A DNA stretch of 63,529 bases, counting the filler, from Rhizaria sp. SCN 62-66 (Eukaryota), in NCBI GenBank assembly GCA_001724265.1. It is 3 parts of 3 records of this genome, joined end to end, with 100 filler letters (N's around TTAATTAATTAA, not from the genome) between each part and the next. Parts side by side here need not be neighbours in the genome. Positions count along the whole stretch, not along the records: positions 1 to 27,552 come from MEDY01000403.1; 2 more parts are not named here. The stretch is one strand, 5' to 3'. How positions within the stretch are numbered: position 1 is the first letter of the stretch; the number at the start of each line of letters is the position of its first letter. Below, one piece after another: positions 1 through 12,169 of this stretch. A program made the translations under genes and the position numbers. Below the pieces are notes generated by a model. It worked only from the letters and a program-made list of their open reading frames with translations, was not told where the DNA came from and did not search any database.

Positions 1-167
1 GGGGGTTGCTCGGGCGCGGGCTCGGGAAGGGCGGGGTGGTGCGTGCGGGGCTGCGGTGCGCTGGGGTGAGAGATAGAAGCTTGGGTCGAGAACTGTGGGG
101 GCGGGTGGGAGAGAGAACAAGCAGTCGGATTTGCAGAAAGCACGTGTAAGGATGCATCAGGGATCAT
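1..167 (-). CDS. Possible 5' end of a Pro-rich protein running off the window
   Basis: ATG at 167 opens a frame (MIPDASLHVLSANP...PALPEPAPEQP) with no stop before base 1; divergent from TBP; no recognisable domain. Confidence 0.3.
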   Translation of the reverse strand, partial: MIPDASLHVLSANPTACSLSHPPPQFSTQASISHPSAPQPRTHHPALPEPAPEQP

Positions 168-600
168 GGCAAATGCAGAGTCAGAAGACCGCGTTAAGAT
201 GCGTAACATTCAAGTCAAAGTTCAATAATATACATCGAACACGAGTCTCCACACGGTCACACTGGGGTGTGTATCTCGTCTGGAATGCAGCCGAATCGAC
301 AACCCAGCCAGCAGTCCACAGCATTTTTTTGCGAACCGCTGGTGTTCAGCTTATGTTCGTTCGTTCGCGCCAAGAACGAACACCCTCTTTACAAGAGTAC
401 AGCTCACCTCAACTTCCGCTAATCGCTTTCTTGTTTTGCTCACAGAGAGCGTTATGACTATACTCACATACGTTCAATTTATACGCTTTCTTGCTCCTTG
501 TTCAATTCTCCACGACAGAAACTACACCGACACTTTCTCTCGTCCGACACACGTCGTTCCACCTCCCCACAGAGCCCCCAGTCCGTTTCCTTCCGCCGCC

Positions 601-2360
601 ATGAGTCGCTTCCAGGGCCCCAGCGCGCGCCCGAAGGCCCCCCAGAACCGTCGCGCGACGTTCGCTGACTCAAACGCGGACTTCGGTGCCGTTTTCGACG
701 CCGCCGCCATCTCCGCGGGCGTCTCCGCCGCCCCCGCGACCCCCGCCGCTTCCGCCGCCGCCGTTGCTGCGGCCGACGGCAGCGACGCCGCGCGCGTGCA
801 CGCGGGGCTGCTGGGCGCGCCGGGCGGCAGCGGCGCGGCGGGCGCCGGCGGTCTCGGCGTTCGTGGCAACTACGCTGCTGCCGCGGCCGCTGGCGTCGCC
901 GCTGCGGCCGCGAGCGCGCAGCAGATGATCGCGACCCGGCCCATGGAGGCCCTGCGCGCGGACCCGGTGGGGTTCTTCGCCGGGATCGGCGCCCCGAACA
1001 TCATCCCCGTCATCCAGAACATCGTCTGCACCGTCAACCTCGCAACGCGGCTTGACTTGCAGAAGATCTCCTCCTATGTACGTCTCCTCCAACACCACTC
1101 TAAGCAAAGCAGCTTCCTTTATGTTCATGTGCTGTTTGTGTTTGTTCGAAACAATTTTGTTGGTTTTCTTTTTATCTAGGTATCAAACACACTCACATTG
1201 ACATTTCTGCATCATTATTTTGTTTTGCTGTCCTGTATATATCCCCGCATTTCTGCGTTTAAGGGCCGCAACACGGAGTACAACCCGCGCAAGTTCTCCG
1301 CCGCCATCATGCGCATGCGCGAGCCCCGCACGACGGCGCTCATCTTCCAGTCGGGCAAGCTCGTCGTCACGGGCGCGCGGTCCGAGCACGAGGCGCGGCT
1401 GGCTGCGCGCAAGTTCGCCCGCGTGGTGCAGAAGATCGACGCCATGCCGCGAGACCCGCTGGCGCTGGCGACGTCGCTCGCGGCCATCAGCGACGCGCTC
1501 GCAGCGCCGCCAGTCCCGCAGCAGCAGCAGAACGCACTCGCACTTGCACAGTCACAGGCGAGCTCCGCGGAGAGCGCTGCGCGTGGGGCCGGTGACGTGG
1601 CGGCCGCTGCCGCTGCTGCTGCGGCGGCCGCTGCGGCTGCTGGGGCGGGGGCGGGGGGCTCCTCTGAGCAGCTGCCAGCGACTGGCGTGCCGTCGGCGCT
1701 GTCCCCGGCGTCGACTTCGCTGTCCACCGCCGTCGTCGTCGCCGCGCCCCCCCATAGGACGGGGGCGGGGGCGGCTAATGTGGGCGAGGTGTCCGTGCAC
1801 TCGCCGGCCCCCCTGGCGCCGATGACCAACGACGATCTGGCGCGCCTCTCGGCCGTGCGCTTCACCGATTTTGCGGTGCAGAACGTCGTTGCCTCCGTTG
1901 ACTGCCGGTTTGCGGTCAGTCTCGAAGGCATGGTTCAAGGCCACGAGCAGTACGCGACCTTCAACCCCGAAACCTTCCCCGGCCTCGTGTACCGCATGGT
2001 GGACCCCAACGTCGCGCTGATCGTCTTCGTGTCCGGCAAGGTCGTCGTCACGGGCGCCAAGTCGCGCGCCCATGTGTACCAGGCGTTCGCGAAGCTGTTC
2101 CCGCTGATGCTGCTGCACCGCAAGGACCGCGCGGAGGCTGAGCAATGGCAGTCGGCTGAGCAGGAGAGGCTGCGCACCGCAGAGGCCGCGCTCGCGCAGA
2201 CGCTCCGCTACCAGGGCTCCGCGCAGCAGTACATCGACGGGTTTACATCAGCAGCCGCCTCGGCCGCCGCCGCTGCCACCGCTGCTGCCGCTGCTGCGAG
2301 CAACAACAGCAACAGCAACAGCAGCAGTAGTGCGAGTGCGGGCAATAGCGGCCATGCAGC

Positions 2361-2408
<48 letters not shown>

Positions 2409-2445
2409 CATGGGCACCAGTGGCGGCCGCGCCCGCAACCGCTGA
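601..2445 (+). CDS. TBP: TATA-box binding protein, divergent, with large low-complexity insert; exons 601-1077, 1264-2445
   Basis: IQNIVCTVNL..RLDL / NTEYNPRKFSAAIMRMREPRTTALIFQSGKLVVTGARSE and FAVQNVVASVD..NPETFPGLVYRM..VFVSGKVVVTGAK are the two TBP repeats; GTACGT..AAG intron joins in frame; ends TGA. Confidence 0.95.
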
Positions 2446-2970
2446 AGCGCACGGACAGATATATCCATTCGGATACGCAGTGGAGTGCGGCAGCAACAAC
2501 GCGCACACATCACAGAGTTAACTAGATTTTTCATTTCCCAACAGCGATCGGGGGCCAGGCCCACTGGAGCTCTCAAGAATACAAAGCTTATTGTTTTTCA
2601 CAAATATACTAATTCAGACATCATTGTTGATGCAATTATACGGTCGGTTATTCACAAGTCGCTGTGATATAGGTTAACTAGTAAGTCTTTATTGGTCTCA
2701 CATTTTGGGTCGACTGGCTCTGCTTCCGTCTCTCATTCGCCTCCAAGGCAAATGCGGTGCAGCTTTCCAGGCCTTGGCCCGGTCGCTTGGCCTGGTCAGA
2801 TCACACTGTGCTTCAGACTGTACCTCAGACTGTGACTTGTGAGTCAGCATGCCGCAACTCACAGTCAGTTCATCACCGGTCACCAGCCACCCTTTTTCTC
2901 CTTACTCGAGTCCACCACTTCTCTCTCTATGTGTCTGTGTGTCACTCTCTCTGTGTATCACGCGTCACAC

Positions 2971-5313
2971 TCACTCAGTTTTGAGCGCAGTGCCAGCGGG
3001 GGCGTCGAGGGGGATCCACCCGACGGACACGAAGAAATCCACGATCTTATCCGTCGAGTTGACGTCAATGCGCAGGAGCTGCCGCGCCTGTCCGCGCGCG
3101 ACGAACCCCTGCGCCACGCACTCGCGCAGGATCCGCTCCTTGATGACCGTGTAGTGCTGCGGTGCGAGGCGGAGCTCGGTGCACAGCGTGCGCTCGGCGG
3201 CAGACAGCAGGTCCGACCCTTCCATGAGAGAGACGTCGAAGCCGGTGATTGCGGACAGCGGCAGCGAGCCGGGCGCGGGGCCCGCCGCGGTGAGCTCGAC
3301 GTCCGCCCCCAGCAGCAGCGCCGCCGCATCGCCTGCGCCGCCACCGCTACTGGAGCCACCGCCGGTACTCGTACCGGTGGCGCCAGACCCCGCGGGGACG
3401 ATGCCATCGGCGGTGAATGCAATGCGTGCCTTCTTCGCCGCGCGGCCCCCAGCAGCAACAGCCCCCGCGGCAGCAGCAGCAACAGCAGCGGCAGCAGCAG
3501 TGGCAGCGGAGGCGTCATCAGCGTTGTCAGCGGACGAGTCTGCTACACCCGCCCCATCCGTGTCGCCGACTCCGGTACCCGCGACAGCACCCGTACCTGT
3601 GACCGCGGCAAGCGTGCTCTGCGGCAGCGGCGCGAGCGCGGCGTCTCGGGGCCCCGCCGATGGCTCGGGGCCAAGTCCCACGGCCTCGCGGCGCGCGGCG
3701 ACGGCTAACTCGCGGCGCGCACGCTCTGTCTCAAACAGAGCGCCCTCGGCCAGCGAGCGCACGCCGTTGAGCCGGTACGCCTGCAGCTGTTCGATGCGCT
3801 GCCGCAGGCGCCGCTCGTTCAGCACGCCCTGGACCAGCGCGTCGTGGTCAGCCTGCGCGTGAAAGCGCGCAAGCGGCCGCAGCGCCTGGTGGACCTCTCG
3901 TTCATCGCGGGTCCGCTTGCGCTCGCGCCGGTGCAGCAGCCCCCGCGAGATGATGAAGTCCTTGCGTTCGCGGCGCGCGTCGAGCTTCGAGTTGTACACC
4001 TCGAGCACTTTGAGCTTGAGCGCGCGCTCCCACGGCGAGTCTTGCGCGCGGAACTCCATGTCCGCGACCAGCAGCTCGGCCTCGTTCTCGTACTAAGTCT
4101 CGAAGTCGCCGCGCTGCGGCATGTAGCCCACGAGTCCCGCGAGCGAGTTCTTCTGCTTGGAGCGGAAGAGCTGCTGCTGCACGCGCCACGTCGCCTCCTC
4201 GGCCGCGCGGACCAGCTCGCGCTCGCGCTCGGCAGCCGTCGCGCCGCCCAGCGCAGCGGAGGCCGCCGCAGCCGTCGCCGCCGCAGACCCAGCAGCCGCC
4301 GCGGCCGCAGAGCCAGAGCCCAGGCCTGCAGACGCTGGGCCCGGGGTCGTGACAGGTCCATGGCCAGCGTTGGCGGAGGCCGCCGACGCAGATGAGCTGG
4401 AGCTAGAAGATGAGGAGGAGGGCGTGGCGGGGACGGAGGCCTTGGTGATCCGCCCGGTGGGGCCGCGGCCGTGGCCGTGCAGGATCGACAGCGGCGGCGG
4501 CGGCGGCGGCGCGGCGGCCAGCAACGCGGCGGCGGCGGCGGCGGCCTCGGTGGCCGCGCTCGCGTCGGGGCGCTGCGCCGCGGCGGCGAGGAACTCGGCG
4601 GCCTCGGCCGTGGCCGCGGCGGCGTTGGCGGCGGCGGCGGCGGCGTTGCTGGCGGCCTCGATCGCGCCGGCCGTGGGGAGCGGTTCTGAGCAGTCCGGCA
4701 GCGGGGCCGTGCGGGACTCCAAGTAGCAGGCCATGTAGTGCTGCTCACACTGCTGGCGCGACTTGGAGCCGACGTAGTTGGCGGCCTCAGCCCAGTTGCC
4801 GAGTCCGTACACCTCGATGGCCTCGAGCAGGAGGAGCTCTTCGTCGGCGCCCCAGTCGGGGGTGAATATGGGCGTCGTGACGTGGTGTATCAAGCGGTAC
4901 GCGTGCGTCGGCTGATGCGGCTGCACGGCGTGGCCCGCAGCGAAGCACTGCAGACAGAGGTCGAAGTCTTTGCAGACGGCGCACTTGATGTGGAGCGCGT
5001 TTGAGATGTCGACGCGGCAGTAGTCGCAGTGGTAGGTCACCTTGCGCGACGACGAAGCAGACGACGACGAAGCAGACGACGACGCGGACGATGACGATGA
5101 CGAAGAAGAGGAACTCATCGCCTTCGCCAGCGCCGACGCGGCCGACGCAGAAAGACCGGGCGCGGGCGCGGGGGCCGCGGAAGCAGAAGCAGAAACAGAA
5201 GAAGAGGAAGAGGTGGGGGACGGGGCTGCAGTGCCGGACGCGGACGACGCGGACGAGCCAGACGCCGGTGCTGCGGCATCTCCGTCGGTCATTTTGGCCG
5301 AAGAAGATGACAT
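2971..5313 (-). CDS. ADA2: Transcriptional adaptor ADA2 (ZZ zinc finger, SANT, SWIRM); single exon with in-frame TAG at 4093-4095
   Basis: YHCDYCRVDIS..IKCAVCKDFDLCLQCF (ZZ); DWGADEELLLLEAIEVYGLGNW (SANT); GYMPQRGDFET*YENEAELLVADMEF; LLSAAERTLC..IDVNSTDKIVDFFVSVGWI (SWIRM). The two track ORFs share one frame; ends TGA. Confidence 0.95.
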
Positions 5314-5891
5314 GGTCACACCTCTCTACAAAATCAGTGAGTGAAATATGCAAGGACGCGTAGTAACAGTGAAATACATGTCGTATTGGAAGCTCGGTGA
5401 GGAGGGAAGGTTGAGCCGGCCTGGGAATTGAAATTATCTGGGAGAGTATGTGTCTCATCAAAATATGTTGAGATATTATATACAGAACTTAGATGTTAAT
5501 GATATATTAAAACGTAATATCTGACAACGGTGTTTTGAAACCATACTATACAATCAAAGTTGGTCCCCATTCTTGCTATGGCGCGAAGCATCAAAGCACT
5601 AGGCTGCAGTGGGCGGTCAAGGGGTGTGTGGTTGGAAGAGGAAAGCAAGATGAATCAAGAGACAACAAGGTTTGTGTATGACACAGCACAAATATTATTC
5701 AGATGTATGTGTGTTACGAAGCTATGTAAACGCATATCCTGCCCCGGAGACGATTCCACCAACATATCCCGTCTTAAGGCACGACTATACGAAAGTGAGA
5801 GAGGTTTGCGTTGTGTTTGTTTTAGAGCAAACCGGAGGCCACCAATGAGCCAAACAAAGGCCCATTGGTTGTGCAGCGCGAGGGCGCTCGC

Positions 5892-6784
5892 TTAGTTGGC
5901 GAGCTGCGCCTCGCGCTCGCGCTCGCGTTCCAGCTCGCGCTCGCGCTCGGCCTCAGCCTCCTCCGCTTCCCTGGTTGCCTCGGCCTCCTTGGCCATGCGG
6001 ATGCCCTTGGCGACGGCCTGCTCCAGCTTCTTGCGCGTCGCCGCTTGGCTCTGGCCGGAAGTCTTGTCGACGATGTCGAACAGCGAGCGGCCCTGCAGGT
6101 CCTTGATGTGCATGTTAGCGCCGATCTTTGCGAGGTAAGTCACGACCATGAGACAGCCGTTCTCGGCCGCGAGCATTGCGGCCGTCATGCCGTTGTTGTC
6201 CTGCGCGTTGACGTTGGCGGCGCCGGAGTCATGAAGGAACTCGACGACCTTGAGGTTGTTCGACATGCCCGCGATCATGAGCGCAGAGCGCCCGTCGGCG
6301 GCCTGGAGGTCGACGTCGGCCTTGCTGGTGACGAGCGCCGAGATGATGTGGTGCGAGTTCGTGAACGCGGCCTTCATCAGCGCGGTCTGGCCAAACTTGG
6401 TCTGCGCGTTGAGGTCGGCCTCGTTCTTGAGCAGGAACTCGACGACGTCGAGATAGCCGCCGAACGAGGCGTAGATGAGCGCGGTCTGGCCGTACTTGTC
6501 GGCGAGGTTGATGTCAGCCTTGGCCTCGATCAGGTCGCGCACCTCCTCCAGCTGACCGTTGTTCGCCGCAATCATCAGCGCGGTGTTGCCAAACTACGCG
6601 GGCGGGGACGTGAGGGCATCGAGTGAGGTTCGTGTGTTGTGAGAAAGTCGGAAGAGATTGTGGGGAAGAGTGAGCTCGAGCTCTTAGTAACAAGTCAGGG
6701 TTACAAAGAGGAAATAGCAAGCGAGGGACAAATACGTACCGCATCTTGGGCGTTAATGTTCTTTTGGTTCTGCTGGCCCTCCAT
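5892..6784 (-). CDS. Ankyrin-repeat protein with C-terminal charged coiled coil; exons 6784-6740, 6593-5892
   Basis: Repeats GNTALMIAA, GQTALIYAS, GQTALMKAA, GRSALMIAG, GMTAAMLAA; splicing GTACGT..TAG restores INAQDA-FGNTAL; ends TAA. Confidence 0.9.
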
Positions 6785-7226
6785 GTTCTTCAAAAAAGCA
6801 CGATGGGCTGTGCATATAGATTGGGATCGGCAAGAAGGAGATGGCAATCGTGAGCTCAGGCAGGTTCTCAAAGGCGGACACACAGGGCTCGACAGTAAAG
6901 TTTCTAGGAAGTACCAAACAGGTGAAATATAGAAAACTTGTTAATTTTCACCGCATTACAAAGACAATTCATTATGACGTTCAGAAGGTGTCGAATTACT
7001 CGTCGAAGAAATTGGTTTGACGTAACCGCTCGAAGCTGTCGGCATTTTTCAGAACCGCGCCCGGATGCAGTGTTCCAATTTTTGAAAAAGTGTGATCTTG
7101 TCACTCCACTCGACGAGTCTTAACGACGCCAAGTCTTCGTCAAACTGTCTGCCGTTTGATTTTCCCGACTGTTTCCCTATTGTTCTGTCCTCGATTTCAA
7201 TTATACTCACCAGAGCCTCCTTATTA

Positions 7227-10200
7227 ATGTCCAATGCAGATCCCTTTTCGAACGCGCGACAGCTTGCAGACGCAGCCCACCACGCTTTTTAGTCACCTGG
7301 TGACGCTTTATCTCGTCACTCTTTGCATCATTTGATGCAAGCATCCGACGATTCCGGAGTCACTCTAACACTTTCTTTGGACCACGTCGACACAACGCGC
7401 TGTGAGCCCGGTCTTGCGTCCGTTCTGAGCTACACCCCCGCACCCCTTCCCGAGCCGGCCTTCGACGCCTACCTCACTGCGCCAACGCCCGCTTCGGCCT
7501 CCACACCCGCGTTCTCGATCTCGGCCACATCGGGTCCAGGCTCTGTTACTGCGACCGCGACCGCGACGCTCTCTCCGCGCCGCCCTGCAGACGCACCGTC
7601 TCGCGCCGCTTCAGTCTCATCCTCATCCTCAGTCGCTGGTGTTTCTGCTGCTTCTGTTGCTGCTGCTGTGGCTGACGAGCGCGACCTCTACGACACAGCC
7701 CTTGCGAGCACGCATCTCCTGGCCAAGTCCCGCTTTGCGATCCAGCGCCTGCAGCAGGAGCTCGACGCCGAACGCGCGCGCCGCCCATTAGACCGTCAGT
7801 CAGACCGCCCTTTCGACCGTCCGCTAGAGCGCCCGCTCGAACACCCGCGCTCTCCCTTCGTGCACAGCTCAGGCGCCTTCGTCTCCTCAGGACTCGAGGC
7901 CTCAAACGCAGTGCCCGCGCCCGCGCACGTGTCCGCGCCCCCGCTGCCCGACCCTATCGGCCCCCCTCCGCCGTCCCAGCCACACTACACACACGCGCAC
8001 GCACACGCACAGCTGCACTCGCAGTCACAGCGCGCTTTGCTTAACAACAGCATGCACCCCATGTACGCGAACGCATACAACCCGCACACGCATGTGCCCG
8101 GCTACGCGCGCGCCGGCCCTTTGCACGCTGCACACTACGCCATGCCCATGCCCATGGGCGTGCCGGTGCCCGTGGCGACGGCGGCCCCGTCGCACCCGGG
8201 CGTGGCGTCCCTCACGGCGGCCGCCGCGCTCGCAGCAGCAGCCTCCCGCGCCTACCCCACTGCGTCCAGCTCCAGCTCCGGCTCTAACAGCAGCAGCAGC
8301 GGCAGCGACTACAGAGCCGGTGACCGTGAACGCGACCGCGACCGTGACCCGCTGGGCGCGGGCGTGGCGGAACACATGAGTGCTGTTGACGCACGCATGC
8401 GGACCTTGCGGGAGCGCGAGCGCGAGCTCCAGAACCTTCAGGCGTCCGTCCACGGCATCGCCGCCGAAGCCTGCGGTAGTAACGGCGGGGGCAATAACGG
8501 CGGGTTCGCGCCGCCGTGCTCTGGCGCGCCAGGGGAGCCATGCGCGTGCGGCGGCGGCACCCGCCCCGGTGGCAGCGCGGCTTCGGGCCGCCTGTGCCAG
8601 CGGTCGATCCTCGCCTCGCTCGACGCCCTGCGCGTGCGCGTCGCGGCCGCAGAGGCCATGCACGTCGACCTGGTTGCCACCACCGAGGATCTGCAGCAGC
8701 GCGCGTTGGCGGCAGTTGAGGCCGCGCGCGACGCCGCGCACCGCGCGCATGAGGACGCCGCCGCGCGCGCCGCCGCCGCGGTCGACGCTGCGCGCGAGTC
8801 GGCGCGGCGCGCGCAGGAGGACGCCGAGGAGCGCGCGAGCTCGCTTGCCGCCGCCGCCGCGCGCGCCGCAGAGGACCGCGCGACCGAGGCGGCGCGCGCG
8901 CGCTTTGGCGCCGCCGACGCCCGCGCGGCGCGGGAACTGGCTGACGCAGAGGCGCGCGCCGCCAAGGAGCTGGCCGCCGTGCGCGCACGCGCGGAGGCGG
9001 CCGAGGCCGCGGCAGACGCAGCGCAGCGCGGCGGTGACGCACTGCAGCGCGCGCGCGACGCTGCCGAGGCCCGCGTCGAGGCCGCGTACGCCTCGGGCGC
9101 CGCGGCAGGCCGCGCTGAGGCCGCTGCCGCAAACGCTGCGGCCGAGGAGGCGCAACGGCGTGCCGAGAAGATAGTTGCCGACGCCACGAGCGAGAAGCAG
9201 CGCGCGCAGGCCGACGCGGCGCGCGCCCAGGAGGCCGCTGCGAGCGCCAACACGCGCGCGGACGCCGCGATCGCCGAGGCTGCGCGCGAACGCGAGGCTG
9301 CCGCGCGCGCGACGGCGCAGGCGGCGGCGCAGTCCGAGTCCGCGCGGGCGCGGGCGACTGAGGACACGGACAAGGCGCGCGCGGAGGCGCTCGTGGCCGC
9401 GGAGCGCGCGCGCGCGGAGGCCGCCGACACGGCCGCCAAGGCCAAGGCCGCCGCAACTGAGGCCATCGAACGCGCGCGCGCCGAAGCGGCCGACGCGAGC
9501 GAGAAGGCACGCGCGCTGGCGAGCGAGGCGTCGTCGCGCGCACAGGCGCAGGCTGCCGAGGCCATTGCGCGCGCCGACGTGCAGAGCGCCCGTGCAGAGG
9601 ACGCGTCGCGGCAGCTCGCCGCACTGCAGGCCGACCTTGCCGCAGCGCGCGAGCAGACGCGCTCGCTGGACGCGCGCGTCGACGAGCTGCGGCGCGAGGC
9701 CGCGCAGTCCGCGGCGGCCGCGGCCGCGGCGACGGCGGCGCAGGCCAAGGACGCCGTGACTGCCGCGGCGGCGCTGAACAAGGACCTCGCCGCGGCGGCT
9801 GCGATGCACTGCAAGGACGCCAGCGCGCTGCAGGCGGCGCACAGTAAGGATATCGCCGCCGCGGAGGCCGCGCACGAGCGCGCGCTGCAGGCCGCCGAGG
9901 CCGCCGCCGCGCGCGAGGCCGCCGCGATCGGCGCGGCGCACGCGCGCGAGCTGGCAGCGGCGCGCGACGACGCCGCGGCCGCGCGCACGGAGACCACGGC
10001 TGCGCGCGCAGAGGCCAGCGCGGCCCGCGACGAAGCCGCGGCGGCGCGGCTCGAGCTCGCGGCCGCGCAGAGCCGGCTGGCCACCGCGCAAGCCGCGGCC
10101 GCGGCTGCGGAGGCGCGCAGTGACGCGGCGCAGCGCGCGCTTGACGAGGCGCGCACGGGCCTGGTTGAGGCGTTGCGCGCGCAGACCGAGGCGACTGGGT

Positions 10201-11894
10201 CGGCACAGGCTCAGCTGCTACAGCAGCAGAAGGAGCTGCTGGACCGTGCCTCTGCAGCGGCGTCAGAGGCGCTGAACAACGCCGTCTCACTCAACGCGAC
10301 TGCGAGCAATGCGGGCGGCTACAGCAAGCCGAGCGGCGCCTGCTGCTGCGCGCCTTACGGCTGCGGAAACGGAACTGGGACTGGCTCTGGCGATGTCGAG
10401 GGTGGAGGGCCCTCGTGCCCCGGCGCCGCGCTGGCTCTGCGGACGCAGGAGCTGCTCGCTGTGCGCACTCGACTGGGCGCGGCGCTGGAGGAGCTCGCGG
10501 CTGCGCGCGGCGAGACCGCACTCGCGCGCGCCGCGGCCGGGGCCGCTGCTGCGGAGGCTGCGGCTGCGCGCGAGCAGCTGTCGGCGAGCGAGGCTGCGCG
10601 GAGCAAGCTCGCCGCGCAGGCCGGCGACGCCGCGGCACGCGCGAGCGAGACGGCGCGCGAGCTCCGCGCCGCGCTAGGCGAGCGCGACGCCGCCGTGGCG
10701 CGCGAGACCACAACAAACCACGCGCTGGCGGCGGCGCGGCAGGCGGCCGAGCTGGAGCAGGCGCGCGCGCGCAACCAGGAGGAAGCCGCGGCCGAGGCGC
10801 TGCAGCGGCAGGCCAAGAGCAGCGCCGACGCGCGCAGAGAGGCCGCCGCCGCGCTGGCCGCCGCGCACGACGACGCGGCGCGCGCTGCGTCGGGTGAGGC
10901 TCTGCGCGCGAACGCGGCCGCCACGTTTGCAAAGGAAGCCAACGAGCGCGCGCGCAAATGGAAGGCGGCCGGCAAGGCGTACCGCGACCGTTTGCACGCA
11001 GCCGAGGCCGCGGCGCGCGCGCGCGAGCAGGAGCTCGAGGCCGCGCTGCTGGCCGTGCGCGCCGACGCCGCCGCGCTGGCAGTGCGCGAGGCCGCCGCCC
11101 AGGGCGAGCTCGCGCGCGCGCGCACGGCGGCTGAGGGCTCTGCCAGTCCGCTGTGGGCGGAGGCGCAGCGGCTGCGCGAGCGCGTGGTGCACCTGGAGGC
11201 GTTGCGCGCCGACGACGGTCACGCCGCGCTCGCGCGGGTCGTGCAGGCGCAGGTCAGGGCCGAGGCCGAGCTCCGCGTGAAGCGCGACGCAATCACTGCT
11301 GCGGAGGAGGCCGCGGCGCGCGCTGCTGCGGAGGCGGCGCGCGTGGCGGCCGAGGCGGGCGAGGCGGCTGCTGCCAACGCGCGGCGCGAAGCTGAGCTGG
11401 CCGCGCTGCTGGCCGAAGCGCGTTCTACCGTCGCGGCTCTGCAAGAGCAGCAGGAAGAGCTGGCCGCGGTCGCCGCCGCGCTCGCTGCGGCTGACGCTGC
11501 CGCGCGCCGCGGGGCCGCCAACGACGCGGGCCGCGTCGCTATTTCCTCCGAGGCCGCGGCGTCGAGCGCGGCGGCGCTGGACGCGCTGGCGTCCGTGCTG
11601 GAGCGTCTGATCGCGGCCGCGCAGTTCAGCCCCACTGCCGCGCTGGCGCCGCATGGCCACGCGACTGTGCGGTGCCGTCTGCCGCCGGCGCAGACGCAGC
11701 CGGTAGGGGGCGTGGCGGCGCCGGCGCGAGGGGCAGGGCGCGGAGTTGTGACGACGGGCGGCATCCCGCGGCCTTCACACTCGCACCTGCACAGTCACAC
11801 GACGCCCGTGCCGACCGCCAATGCAGTCGCCGCGGCGGAGGCGCGGGCCAACCGCGACGCCATTCTCGCTGCGGGCGGCTCGGTCATCGCGTAA
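7227..11894 (+). CDS. Large Ala-rich coiled-coil protein of unknown function; probable ATG 7227 with in-frame TAG at 7290-7292 (alternative ATG 7335)
   Basis: >1500-codon open frame with GC-rich codon bias and long A/E/R helical runs; upstream ATG in the same frame separated only by TAG; ends TAA. Confidence 0.8.
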
Positions 11895-12169
11895 TTTCGC
11901 CGCACTCTTCAGACGTGCAACATGAGCAAGGCTGATGAGCTTGTTTTACACTATATAAGGACAGCTGTTTTGTGACTTGCGTTACGGTTTTGTTCACTTT
12001 TTTTGTCAATGTAGGAGCGTTTATATTACATAAGTTGCTGTTGCGTCGTTGGGTCGTACTGTTGTACACGTAGGTGAATGTTTGATTTACGATTCGTATT
12101 TTTAATTTCCATGATTTTTTTCACAATATACAACATCTTATTCAAGGCCATTTGCCTTGCTAAATGTGC

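Noticed and set aside
4093-4095. ADA2 as two genes, a pseudogene, or TAG as a splice acceptor
   Set aside because: Conserved motif spacing is exact across the TAG, there is no donor site or other lesion, and the same pattern recurs in four other genes
8025-11764. Long antisense/alternate-frame ORFs (also 52315-54393, 61440-63329 and many others)
   Set aside because: Shadow ORFs caused by very high GC and Ala-codon repeats opposite real genes
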